From contig NZ_CP142525.1 in NCBI RefSeq assembly GCF_051097895.1, positions 1,410,001-1,442,000 on the forward strand: 32,000 nt of DNA, given 5' to 3'. The notes below the pieces were generated by a model, which saw nothing but the letters and a program-made list of their open reading frames with translations, was not told the DNA's origin and searched no databases. Made by a program: the position numbers and the translations under genes. Source of the stretch: Psychrobacter sp. HD31. Its GTDB lineage: Bacteria > Pseudomonadota > Gammaproteobacteria > Pseudomonadales > Moraxellaceae. Positions 1 to 8,988 of this stretch are shown piece after piece (position 1 is the stretch's first letter; the number at the start of each line of letters is the position of its first letter).

Positions 1-437
1 GCAAGGGGGACTAACACAAAGTTACGTTTTAATAACCCGGCATGTGGCACGGTTAAGTCTGGCGTATTAATTACTTCATCACCATAAAGTAAAACGTCAA
101 CATCTAAACTACGCTCTCCCCAATGACGAAGTCGCTCACGTTTTGCATTGTTTTCTAACGACTGACAAAAATTTAAAAGCTCATGCGCTGTCAACGAGGT
201 TTGTACACCAACCACTGCATTAACAAAATTTGGTTGATCAGTCACCCCAAAAGGTGCAGACTCATAAAGAGAAGAGGCCTGTACCTCACTAAATTTCGGA
301 TGGTTTTGCATTGTCACAATGGCATGGGCTATGTGCTCGGCTGGTGTGCCAAGCGCATTAGTAATATTGCCACCCAAACCAAGAAAACATTGGGTTTTCT
401 TAGTTTCAGCTGGCTTTCTTATATCCATATTTTGCAT
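1..437 (-). CDS. folK: 2-amino-4-hydroxy-6-hydroxymethyldihydropteridine diphosphokinase (HPPK); C-terminus cut by window edge
   Basis: My own minus-strand translation from ATG 437 (alternative ATG 428) reads MQNMDIRKPAETKKTQCFLGLGGNITNALG...SLYESAPFGVTDQPNFVNAVVGVQT...RHWGERSLDVDVLLYGDEVINTPDLTVPHAGLLKRNFVLVPL. These match the HPPK conserved blocks (GLGSN, QPxFxNA, WGxRxLDxD, LxxPH, RxFVLxPL). It lies directly downstream of pcnB, as in E. coli pcnB-folK. It is absent from the ORF track because no stop falls inside the window. Confidence 0.85.
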   Translation of the reverse strand, partial: MQNMDIRKPAETKKTQCFLGLGGNITNALGTPAEHIAHAIVTMQNHPKFSEVQASSLYESAPFGVTDQPNFVNAVVGVQTSLTAHELLNFCQSLENNAKRERLRHWGERSLDVDVLLYGDEVINTPDLTVPHAGLLKRNFVLVPL

Positions 438-456
438 TGTTTATACCCAGCTATAT

Positions 457-2100
457 TTAGTTTTTACGTTGACGCTCATTAGGTACATAACGGGTATCTA
501 GCAACATGGACTCTAAGCGAGTAGCTTGCTGTACCGACTCAGTATTTTTTGATTTTCTCTTTGGTTTTTTATCAGCAGATGTCGGCTCTTTTAAAAACTT
601 AACCGACTCACCAACCATAAAAAGCGGTGATGGTTGCTTACCTTTTTTGTTATTTTTTCCCTCTAAAGACAACATTTTTAGCTGTGCTTTTTCTTGACTG
701 TCTTGCGTTACTGGTTTATTAACAGAAAGACCACTATCGAGATGTTTTCCATTGACAGAATTTACGGGTGGTTTCGCTTCAAAAACATCTTCAGTCACGC
801 CATTAGCGCGACGACTACGTCGACTACCACCACCGCGTCTCGTTTCTTTTGCAAATTGATCAATTTGTTTTTGTTTTTGTTTTTCTGTCAGGGTTTGGAA
901 CTCTTGCCACCAAGCACCCATGCCATTGGTTGGTTCAGCAAGCGGTGTATCTGCTTCACCACACATCTCACGCAACAACAAAAAGTCAAAACCTGCCCTA
1001 AATTTAGGATGTTCAATAAGTTGCATGATATTTTTTGCACGTGGATTCGCCAAACGAGGCTGCAACAACCACACCTCTCGTATAAACTGCTCTGCAAACT
1101 TTGGAATCGATGTTTTTAATCTTTGACGCTCTATCACCTTGCTAGCTGCTTTTTGCTGTGCATCGGCAAATGGCATGTTGCGTTTTTTATATTTATTTAA
1201 TTGATATAAGTAGTTACCCCATAACATTGCTGCATAAAAAAATGCGGGATTAATACTTTTGCCACTGGCAATCCGCTTATCAGTATTAATCGCTACTTGT
1301 TTAACTAATTTACTTGGTTTGTTGTCAGGATAAATAAATAAATGATCAATTGCCTTATATTCATATAAGATTGGCAACAAGGGCACAATATAACCACCAA
1401 TAAACATTTTTTGTGTTTCATCATACAAACGATGTGGAGAAACTTGGTCAAGCAATGCCCAATTTTTATCGTTAAACTGTTCTGATAAGTCCTTATCAAA
1501 TTCAAAATTAAGTTTTGCTTTAAAACGCAAGGCACGCAAAAGTCTAACTGGATCTTCTTCAATCCTTGTTGGTGCATGCCCTAGCAAGCGTAACTTATGA
1601 CCTTCAATATCGTCTATCGCGTTACAAAAATCTTTTACCACCCCTTTTAGCGGTTGGTAATAAAGAGCATTGATGGAGAAATCACGACGGTTAGCATCTT
1701 GTTTGATATCACCCCAAACGTTATCTCTCACCAACATGCCTTCTTCGGTCGTATAATTGTCGCCTTTTGGTGGTGCTCTAAAAGTGGCTACCTCAATCAT
1801 TTCTCGCCCAGAATACACGTGCGCTAACTGAAAGCGTCTACCGATAATACGGCATCGTTTACCAAACAACGCTTTAATCTCGTTTGGTTTAGCATTGGTC
1901 ACCGCATCAAAATCTTTTGGGTTTAAACCTAATAAGTTGTCTCGTACACCACCACCAACTATGTAGGCTTCAAAGCCTGCTTTGGTAAGCGTAGAGATAA
2001 CCTCAATAATTGAATTAGGTAAGCTTGATTTGGTCAACCCCAGTTGCTTGGCTGAAAGATCTGCCATGCAGATAACTCCTTGAAATAACGATATTGCCAA
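457..2100 (-). CDS. pcnB: poly(A) polymerase I (tRNA nucleotidyltransferase superfamily) with a long Lys/Gln-rich C-terminal tail
   Basis: The ORF is 547 aa. The N-terminal block AYIVGGGVRDNLLGLNPKDFDAVTNAKPNEIKALFGKRCRIIGRRFQLAHV...EVATFRA is typical of PcnB, and folK follows it. The true start may be the internal Met at 2067 (MADLSAKQ). Confidence 0.9.
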   Translation of the reverse strand: MAISLFQGVICMADLSAKQLGLTKSSLPNSIIEVISTLTKAGFEAYIVGGGVRDNLLGLNPKDFDAVTNAKPNEIKALFGKRCRIIGRRFQLAHVYSGREMIEVATFRAPPKGDNYTTEEGMLVRDNVWGDIKQDANRRDFSINALYYQPLKGVVKDFCNAIDDIEGHKLRLLGHAPTRIEEDPVRLLRALRFKAKLNFEFDKDLSEQFNDKNWALLDQVSPHRLYDETQKMFIGGYIVPLLPILYEYKAIDHLFIYPDNKPSKLVKQVAINTDKRIASGKSINPAFFYAAMLWGNYLYQLNKYKKRNMPFADAQQKAASKVIERQRLKTSIPKFAEQFIREVWLLQPRLANPRAKNIMQLIEHPKFRAGFDFLLLREMCGEADTPLAEPTNGMGAWWQEFQTLTEKQKQKQIDQFAKETRRGGGSRRSRRANGVTEDVFEAKPPVNSVNGKHLDSGLSVNKPVTQDSQEKAQLKMLSLEGKNNKKGKQPSPLFMVGESVKFLKEPTSADKKPKRKSKNTESVQQATRLESMLLDTRYVPNERQRKN

Positions 2101-2213
2101 TTTTATAAGAATTGTTTGGCTTAATGAATAGATGCTATTTTAACAAAGTTCCGTGTTAATTTCTGTAAGGACTTCTTTTTAAGTCGTTAAAACCTCACAC
2201 TATTCGTTCACTT

Positions 2214-2567
2214 TTAGTTAGCTGTTAATCTTCGACGATTCTTATTAACAGTTTTTATACCAATGCCATGCACCTTTGCCAAGTCATCTATTTGTTTAAA
2301 GTCACCAAACGCTTGGCGATAGGCGATAATCGCTTTGGCTTTTTTACTGCTGATACCCTCTAGCGTACTGAGTTCTGCCTCACTTGCCGTATTAATATTA
2401 ATTGGTACACGGCTATCTGCTAAGGTTTGCAACGCTTCTTGTTGCAATAAAAACTGATATGCCTTATTGGGGTCAGCAAAACATTGCGATGTTTGTGCGC
2501 AAGCGTACGATACAAACAATAAGATATAACTTACAAAAAAATATTTCAATAAAGTCGACTTAAACAT
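2214..2567 (-). CDS. comEA: ComEA-family helix-hairpin-helix DNA-binding (competence) protein with N-terminal signal/anchor
   Basis: The ORF is 117 aa. It has a hydrophobic N-terminus (LLKYFFVSYILLFVSYACA). This is followed by ININTASEAELSTLEGISSKKAKAIIAYRQAFGDFKQIDDLAKVHGIGIKTV, which matches the tandem HhH signature of ComEA. Confidence 0.8.
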   Translation of the reverse strand: MFKSTLLKYFFVSYILLFVSYACAQTSQCFADPNKAYQFLLQQEALQTLADSRVPININTASEAELSTLEGISSKKAKAIIAYRQAFGDFKQIDDLAKVHGIGIKTVNKNRRRLTAN

Positions 2568-2583
2568 CCGTATCTAATCTCAG

Positions 2584-3507
2584 CTATTTTTCAAAACTTT
2601 TCGCTTGTTCCCAGAGTCTATCCATTTCTTCAAGCGATGCCATTTCTGGTGTTTTATCATTTTTTGCCAGTTCACGTTCAATATATGCAAAACGAGAACG
2701 GAATTTATGGGTACAGGTTAACGCTGCCTTTTCAGCATCTATATCTAACTTTCGGGCAATATTGACCAAACCAAACATACAATCGCCCAACTCTTTTTCC
2801 ACCTCGGCTTTGTGTGCCTCAGTCAGCTTTAACCTGTTACTCTGGCTCTTATTTGGTAAAATCTCTTTCAGTTCGGCAATTTCTTCTTCTAACTTATCAA
2901 CAGCATCAGCAATGTCATCCCAGTCAAAGCCCAACTTGCCTGCATACTTTTGCAGTGCTTGAGCCTGCATTAACGCACTGCCTGTTTTTACCTTATCTAG
3001 TTTGCTCACAAACTTACCGCGTGCTTGCTTTTTAGCATTTTCTTCTGCTTTAATTTCATCCCAACGTTTTTTAACGGCTTCTTCATCTGGTAAATTTTGT
3101 TTATCAAACACGTGGGGGTGGCGACGGATAAGCTTTTCCTGCAAAGATTGTATGACATCATTTAGCCCAAAACGTCCTTGCTCTGCGTAAATCTGCGTAT
3201 GAAAGACAATTTGTAACAAGACATCACCCAACTCACTTTTTACATCTTCATCATCTTTATGACCATCTGCATAGTCCTGTTGAATTGCCTCAACAAGTTC
3301 ATAGACTTCTTCAATCGCATAGGGAATCAAACTTTTATTCGTTTGCTTAATATCCCACGGGCAGTCTTGACGCAAACGTGCCATTAGTACCAATAAATCA
3401 GCCATATCACCTGTCGCATACGGTGGGTTCAACAAAGTTGGCTGTGGTGATAACACATTCATAGCTTTATTATCAGCATTTATATTAAAAGTTGTTTGCT
3501 CTGTCAT
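2584..3507 (-). CDS. mazG: nucleoside triphosphate pyrophosphohydrolase MazG
   Basis: The ORF is 307 aa. It shows the two-MazG-domain pattern: LRQDCPWDIKQTNKSLIPYAIEEVYELVEAI...ELGDVLLQIVFH in the first half and EEIAELKE...ELGDCMFGLVNIAR in the second. Confidence 0.85.
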   Translation of the reverse strand: MTEQTTFNINADNKAMNVLSPQPTLLNPPYATGDMADLLVLMARLRQDCPWDIKQTNKSLIPYAIEEVYELVEAIQQDYADGHKDDEDVKSELGDVLLQIVFHTQIYAEQGRFGLNDVIQSLQEKLIRRHPHVFDKQNLPDEEAVKKRWDEIKAEENAKKQARGKFVSKLDKVKTGSALMQAQALQKYAGKLGFDWDDIADAVDKLEEEIAELKEILPNKSQSNRLKLTEAHKAEVEKELGDCMFGLVNIARKLDIDAEKAALTCTHKFRSRFAYIERELAKNDKTPEMASLEEMDRLWEQAKSFEK

Positions 3508-3596
3508 ATGTTCGCCATATTTAAGTTCTAAGATGAATAAATTTAGTGTAACATTAAAATAAGAAGTTTTATTTAAAATTAAAATATACCATAGAA

Positions 3597-4808
3597 GTGA
3601 TTATGAGTTTATCAACACAAGATTTAAAAAACATTACGGTCATTGGCGCAGGTTATGTTGGTTTATCAAATGCCATTTTATTAGCACAAGAGCATCTAGA
3701 CACCAAAGTTACGCTATTTGATATCAATAGCGATCGCATCGCTCAGTTACAACAACAAAAATCACCATTACAAGATAAAGAGATTATTGATTTTTTAAGC
3801 AACCAGCCTCTTAATTTTTTTGCAACAGATGATGCGTCTCACATATACAAAGACGCAGATGTCGCAATTATTGCAACGCCAACCAATTATGACATTGCCA
3901 GCGGAAAGTTTGACACCTCATCAGTTGAGTCCAGTATTAGATCCGTACGCGAACAAAATCCATCGGTACCAATCGTCATTAAATCGACCATCCCTATTGG
4001 CTTTACTAAAAACATCCATCAGCAATTTGATGAAAATATTATATTTATGCCCGAGTTTTTACGAGAAGGGCAAGCATTGTATGATAATTTGCACCCATCT
4101 CGTATTATTGTTGGTGCGACTAACCAACAAACTAATTTTGTAGAAAAATTAATGGCATTATATAAAAAAGCAAGTTTAGAAGAGCACCTTGAATGCTTGC
4201 AAATGCCGCCAACCGAAGCAGAAGCCGTTAAACTATTTGCTAATAGTTACTTGGCTACCCGCATCTCCTTTTTTAACGAGTTAGACAGCTTTGCCGAGTC
4301 AAACCAACTTGATAGTCAATCTATTATCACAGGTATTGGTCTAGACCCTCGCATTGGGCAACATTATAACAACCCATCTTTTGGGTATGGTGGTTATTGC
4401 CTACCTAAAGACACTCAGCAATTAAAAGCAAATTATGAAGGCGTACCATCTAACGTCATTCACGCAGTGGTGGATGCAAATAATACTCGAAAACGTTTTA
4501 TCGCACGGCAAATTATTGATAAAAATCCAAAAAGCGTCGGAATTTATCGTTTAAGTATGAAAAAAGATGCAGATAATTTTAGAGATTCAGCCATTTTAGA
4601 CATTATTAATACCTTAAAACAGCATGGGCTTACCATCACCATTTATGAGCCTGCCATTCAAGACAATGAATTTCAAGGATGTGCCATCATCGCTGATTTA
4701 AATACCTTTAAACAAGCCAATGATTTAATTGTTGCTAACCGCTGGCATGATGAGTTAAATGCCGTGGCTAAAAAAGTTTACACAAGAGATGTATTTGGGT
4801 TTAGTTAA
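3597..4808 (+). CDS. ugd: UDP-glucose 6-dehydrogenase (canonical, motif-complete)
   Basis: The ORF is 403 aa. It has the Rossmann loop VIGAGYVGLS, then PEFLREGQA, the K/N block AVKLFANSYLATRISFFNE and the nucleophile loop GYGGYCLPKD. The track start at 3597 is GTG; ATG at 3603 is the more likely start. Confidence 0.9.
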   Translation: MIMSLSTQDLKNITVIGAGYVGLSNAILLAQEHLDTKVTLFDINSDRIAQLQQQKSPLQDKEIIDFLSNQPLNFFATDDASHIYKDADVAIIATPTNYDIASGKFDTSSVESSIRSVREQNPSVPIVIKSTIPIGFTKNIHQQFDENIIFMPEFLREGQALYDNLHPSRIIVGATNQQTNFVEKLMALYKKASLEEHLECLQMPPTEAEAVKLFANSYLATRISFFNELDSFAESNQLDSQSIITGIGLDPRIGQHYNNPSFGYGGYCLPKDTQQLKANYEGVPSNVIHAVVDANNTRKRFIARQIIDKNPKSVGIYRLSMKKDADNFRDSAILDIINTLKQHGLTITIYEPAIQDNEFQGCAIIADLNTFKQANDLIVANRWHDELNAVAKKVYTRDVFGFS

Positions 4809-6121
4809 CTCTTACGTCCAATACCAATATAGTCGGATGTTAACTGACCAAGCTGGTTGGCAGTAAAAATATTTTGCGTATCGAAAACAGGCACAGCAAC
4901 TTCATTAACTCGTTCTACTTGCGGTGGCTGTTCATAATCCCAGTTTAATACAAAAATTGCTTGTGCCTGTTCAAGCTTATCATAAGGGTTGTTAATCAAC
5001 TCAAGCTTTGGTTGTTCAGGGTACAAGGCTAACAGTTCACCAGTTGCTTTATCGGCACAAACCAGCGTTTTAATATCATATGACCATAACAAACTTAATA
5101 GTGGATGAATTGCCGAGTTTTGCGTTCTTCCTGATCCCGCTTTATAGCTTGCCCCCCACACCATAACCGTTTTTTGTTCAATCAACCCATCAAAGTATTT
5201 CCAAAATTTCCTAAAAATCAGCTCTTTTTGGTCATCATTAATGTTACTCACAGCCTTGATTAGTTTGATATCCGTATTAGATTGCACAAAACTATTGGCA
5301 AGCATGTCTACTTCAGTTGGTAACGTACGACCACCAAACCCCCAACCTGCTTTTAGATAACTTGCACCAATCCTCTCATCAAGACCCATAATATGACTAA
5401 CGGTGGTAATATCCACCTCTTTCGCATCGGCAAGCCTTGATAGCTCGTTCATATAGCTTACTCGAGTGGCAAGCATGCCCATGATACTCCCCCGAGAAAA
5501 TTCAATTGTGGCAATATCCGCCACATACGACTGTTTTGATTGATGCATAAACGGTTGCATCATCGCCAGCCGTTGCCAGCTGTCTTTGGTTTTTTCACCC
5601 AATAACCAAAGTTTGGGGTTCAGCATAGAACTGTAAGCTTGCCCATCTTGTAAAAAAACAAAGGGGACATAATAAATCCATGGGCGATGAATTTTTTTAC
5701 TCATCTCATCAAAATAACCAATCTGGTTTTTACCTGACAAGATATATGCTGTTTTTTGATTTTGACTCGTATTCACAACATGAATAAATGTCTCTTCAAG
5801 GCTATTTATCTTTTCATTTTTTAGCGGATTAAACCAGTCATCATTAAAAAGCCATACAGCTTCCACATTATCTGACACATCATTTAACACACTATCAAAA
5901 TCAACGAATGATGAGGTTACAATCAAGTCTTTTTGCAAGTACAACTGCCATAGTGCCAATACATGATGCTCAAATTCATACTTCATCAATGTATCATTAA
6001 GATTATCTAATTTCGAAACCACTTGTACTTGATTACCCAAAGACGCCAAAACCACAGCAGAAGTTATGGCATCAATACTATGACCAAGAATAAGACAAGA
6101 CCTATTTTTTTGTAAGTGCAT
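4805..6121 (-). CDS. UDP-glucose/GDP-mannose dehydrogenase-family paralog lacking the NAD-binding and catalytic signatures (probable pseudoenzyme)
   Basis: The ORF is 438 aa and aligns without gaps to the neighbouring Ugd over the central domain (LATRVSYMNEL...MGLDERIG...GFGG). However, GxGxxG is replaced by GHSIDA, and Lys/Asn by Arg/Met. The nucleophile loop CLPKD is replaced by TLPTE. It is the last gene after galU-pgi. Confidence 0.7.
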   Translation of the reverse strand: MHLQKNRSCLILGHSIDAITSAVVLASLGNQVQVVSKLDNLNDTLMKYEFEHHVLALWQLYLQKDLIVTSSFVDFDSVLNDVSDNVEAVWLFNDDWFNPLKNEKINSLEETFIHVVNTSQNQKTAYILSGKNQIGYFDEMSKKIHRPWIYYVPFVFLQDGQAYSSMLNPKLWLLGEKTKDSWQRLAMMQPFMHQSKQSYVADIATIEFSRGSIMGMLATRVSYMNELSRLADAKEVDITTVSHIMGLDERIGASYLKAGWGFGGRTLPTEVDMLANSFVQSNTDIKLIKAVSNINDDQKELIFRKFWKYFDGLIEQKTVMVWGASYKAGSGRTQNSAIHPLLSLLWSYDIKTLVCADKATGELLALYPEQPKLELINNPYDKLEQAQAIFVLNWDYEQPPQVERVNEVAVPVFDTQNIFTANQLGQLTSDYIGIGRKS

Positions 6122-6141
6122 ATACTTTACCTATTACTGAG

Positions 6142-7932
6142 TTACGGGTTATTTTGATTACTTGAAGATTGATTTTGCATGATATGCTTCAATAATTGAT
6201 TGGTTGACTCATCAAAACTAAAACTTAAATCATCATTGCTGATATCAACATCGAAACAGTCGAACACTTCATTCGCAACCTTTTTCCCCATTTCTACGCC
6301 CCACTGATCAAACGGGTTAATCTCCCAAATAGTTGCCATAACAAATACTTTGTGTTCATATAAAGCTATGAGAGATCCTAGGCTATATGGCGTTAGGGAA
6401 TCTAATAAGATAGTGGTAGAAGGCTGATTACCATGATAGTTCTTAAATCTATCATTTAGAGAGGCTCCACTTTGTGATGCGCTATTTTTAGTCTCGTCAC
6501 TTGCTTGGTTACCAAATGCCAACACCCGTGATTGAGCCAAACAGTTTGCCAAACTTAACTGATGTTGTTGCTGTAAAGTTTGACTATGATTAGCACGATT
6601 AGTTTGTGTGACGTTAATATCAGCTTCACTACCAATTATATGATTATATCGTTCTACACAAGCAATAAAATCACAAGAAACTTTTTGAGTACCTTGATGG
6701 AGCAACTGATAAAAGGCATGTTGTGCATTTGAGCCAACCTCACCCCACAAGATTGGACAAGTATCATAATTAACTGCTTCACCTGTTTTAGTAACCGACT
6801 TACCATTACTCTCCATCTCTAGCTGAGTTAAATAACTTGGTAAGTACTTAAGTCTCCCATCATACGGCAATACTGTATGCGCATTTATGTTTAAAAAAGT
6901 ACTATTCCAAACCCCAATGAGTCCCATCATCACTGGCATATTTTGCTTAAAATCAGTATTAGCAAAGTGTTCATCCATTGCATGAGCGCCAGCCAATAGT
7001 TGATAAAAATTGTCCATACCAATACGTATAGCAACCGCCAGACCAATAGCGGACCACAACGAAAATCGCCCCCCTACCCAGTCCCAAAACCTTAACTGAT
7101 TGTCAGGATGAATACCCCATTTTGTTGCTTTTTGAGAGTTAGCAGATACACCAATAAAGTGGCGATGCAAAACGGTTGCTTTTGGCGCAAACTGACATAA
7201 CCAGGCAAGCGCTGTTTTAGCGTTAGATAAAGTGTCTAAAGTGCCAAATGATTTTGATGCGATAATAAAAAGTGACGACTCAGGATTTAACTTTTTTAAA
7301 AGCCCCTCTAGTTGACTGCCATCCATATTTGAAACAAAGTGCACTTTAATACTGGTATCCGACCACTCATCTAATGCAGAAGCTGTCATCAGAGGACCTA
7401 AGTCAGACCCACCAACACCCAAATTAACCACATCGGTAATGGCCTTGCCAGAATAGCCACGCCAAATGCCACCACGAATGCGATTAACTATTTTATCCGT
7501 TTGTTCTAGGCTTTGATGTACCTCAGCAACCACATCTTTACCATCAACCATTAATACAGATTGTTTAGGCAACCTTAATGCCGTATGTAGGGCTTCTCTA
7601 TCCTCGCTGTTATTAACTTTTTTTCCTTGCAGTAAATCGTCAATTTGTTTTTTTAGGTTTTTTTCATTAGCCAGTGCTAACAAACTATCAACCACCTGCT
7701 TATCAACAAGCTGTTTGCTATAGTCAAAATACATCCCGACTTCATTAATAACAAATTCTTGTTGTCTCGGTTTTTTTGAAGCCTGGCTATTAGACTGATT
7801 TTCTTTAATATCTTGTAAAAAAAGCTTGGGTAATGACCAAGGCTGACTGGCTAACCGCGCCAACTTTTGCCAACTTTGGCTATCATCAAAATTTTGGAAG
7901 TTATTGGGGTGGTCTGCAAGGAATTTAGACAT
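6142..7932 (-). CDS. pgi: glucose-6-phosphate isomerase
   Basis: The ORF is 596 aa. Recognisable PGI blocks include GVGGSDLGP, GRFSLWSAIGL, ESNGK, PILWGEVGSNAQHAFYQLLHQG and SLGSLIALYEHKVF...FDQWGVEMGK. It is somewhat longer than E. coli Pgi because of Q/N/S-rich insertions. Confidence 0.92.
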   Translation of the reverse strand: MSKFLADHPNNFQNFDDSQSWQKLARLASQPWSLPKLFLQDIKENQSNSQASKKPRQQEFVINEVGMYFDYSKQLVDKQVVDSLLALANEKNLKKQIDDLLQGKKVNNSEDREALHTALRLPKQSVLMVDGKDVVAEVHQSLEQTDKIVNRIRGGIWRGYSGKAITDVVNLGVGGSDLGPLMTASALDEWSDTSIKVHFVSNMDGSQLEGLLKKLNPESSLFIIASKSFGTLDTLSNAKTALAWLCQFAPKATVLHRHFIGVSANSQKATKWGIHPDNQLRFWDWVGGRFSLWSAIGLAVAIRIGMDNFYQLLAGAHAMDEHFANTDFKQNMPVMMGLIGVWNSTFLNINAHTVLPYDGRLKYLPSYLTQLEMESNGKSVTKTGEAVNYDTCPILWGEVGSNAQHAFYQLLHQGTQKVSCDFIACVERYNHIIGSEADINVTQTNRANHSQTLQQQHQLSLANCLAQSRVLAFGNQASDETKNSASQSGASLNDRFKNYHGNQPSTTILLDSLTPYSLGSLIALYEHKVFVMATIWEINPFDQWGVEMGKKVANEVFDCFDVDISNDDLSFSFDESTNQLLKHIMQNQSSSNQNNP

Positions 7933-7941
7933 AATGTTTAA

Positions 7942-8811
7942 TCAATCATTTAGTTGCTGTTGGGCAAAGTAAATAAATGCTTGCATATAAGTGCTCATAT
8001 CGCCCGCATCATAACTGGCACCTTTCATGGTCGTCACGTTTACACCTTTGGTATTAATCAATGCATCAATGGCATCTGTTAATTGTATTTCACCACCCAC
8101 AGAAGCCTTTGTTTTTGCTAAATGGTCAAATATTTCATTAGCAAATACATAACGCCCAACCACTGCTAAATTAGAGGGAGCTACTTCTTTACTTGGCTTT
8201 TCAATAAATCCCGCTACCGAAAAATTCAAATTACTTTGCGACTGTACCTTTTGTAAATCATCATCTGATTTTAGCTGGGCAATACCATATTTATGTACAT
8301 CATCATCACTAACTTCATCAACCAAAATCTGTGAATGATGCACAGCTTCAAACTGCTGAATCATATAGGCCAAGTTATCAGACTGCATATTGGTAGTGAA
8401 CGGATCTAAAACCACATCTGGCAGCATAACCACAAAGTCGTTTTCTCCAACGATTGGGCGAGCTGCTAATACCGCGTGTCCAAGCCCTAAGGGCTTACCT
8501 TGACGTATCATGGATACATGCACATCTTCTGGCAACCAATTTAAACTATCTGCCAGCTCATTTTTACCTTTGGTTCTAAGCTGAGTATCTAACTCTGCAT
8601 TTACATCAAAGTAGTTTTCAATCGCACTTTTTTGAGCATGACCCACCAAAACAATATGTTTTATTCCTGCTTTTACCGCCTCTTCTACCACGTAATGAAT
8701 TGCAGGACGATTACCCAAAGGTAACAGCTCTTTTGGGACAGACTTAGACAATGGCAACATTCGTGTACCAAACCCCGCAACGGGGATCACGGCATGGATA
8801 ATTTTTGACAT
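7942..8811 (-). CDS. galU: UTP--glucose-1-phosphate uridylyltransferase
   Basis: The ORF is 289 aa. The N-terminal AVIPVAGFGTRMLPLSKSVPKELLPL and later GLGHAVL and VGRYV motifs are typical of GalU. Confidence 0.92.
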   Translation of the reverse strand: MSKIIHAVIPVAGFGTRMLPLSKSVPKELLPLGNRPAIHYVVEEAVKAGIKHIVLVGHAQKSAIENYFDVNAELDTQLRTKGKNELADSLNWLPEDVHVSMIRQGKPLGLGHAVLAARPIVGENDFVVMLPDVVLDPFTTNMQSDNLAYMIQQFEAVHHSQILVDEVSDDDVHKYGIAQLKSDDDLQKVQSQSNLNFSVAGFIEKPSKEVAPSNLAVVGRYVFANEIFDHLAKTKASVGGEIQLTDAIDALINTKGVNVTTMKGASYDAGDMSTYMQAFIYFAQQQLND

Positions 8812-8922
8812 GATATTTCCTATTATTGTTATATTAAGTTTAATGAAAGTAAGCTGTCTTGTTCAAATCATAAGTCTAATAATCTTAGATGTCAAAAAAG
8901 ACATGATATTCTTTCAAAAATT

Positions 8923-8961
8923 CAAAAAATATAAGCCCTATGAGAACATCATAAGGCTTAT
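8923..8961 (-). terminator. rho-independent terminator after glmS
   Basis: The minus-strand RNA reads AUAAGCC-UU-AUGA-uguuc-UCAU-AG-GGCUUAU followed by AUUUUUUGAAUUUUUG. It lies 28 nt after the glmS stop. Confidence 0.7.
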
Positions 8962-8988
8962 TGATAAAATTAAGAGATAGTTATTACC

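Noticed and set aside
694-1119. A 141-aa plus-strand ORF, and similar 60-175-aa ORFs antisense to pcnB, mazG, lpdA (19757-20176, 20497-21024), sucB, sucA, sucC/D and sdhA/B.
   Set aside because: All lie entirely within strongly supported genes on the opposite strand. They have low-complexity or Cys/Ser/Thr-rich shadow-frame composition and no recognisable motifs or ribosome-binding sites.
2160-2200. A small hairpin GACTT-cttttt-AAGTC downstream of comEA, considered as a possible terminator.
   Set aside because: It has only a 5-bp stem and no U-tract on the mRNA strand. pcnB probably needs transcription through or just after this region.
6142-7932. Q/N/S-rich insertions and a C-terminal NQSSSNQNNP tail in Pgi, and likewise the ~100-aa K/Q-rich C-terminal extension of PcnB (457-800).
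   Set aside because: These are low-complexity lineage-specific extensions of otherwise ordinary housekeeping enzymes. There is no evidence for a separate domain or function.
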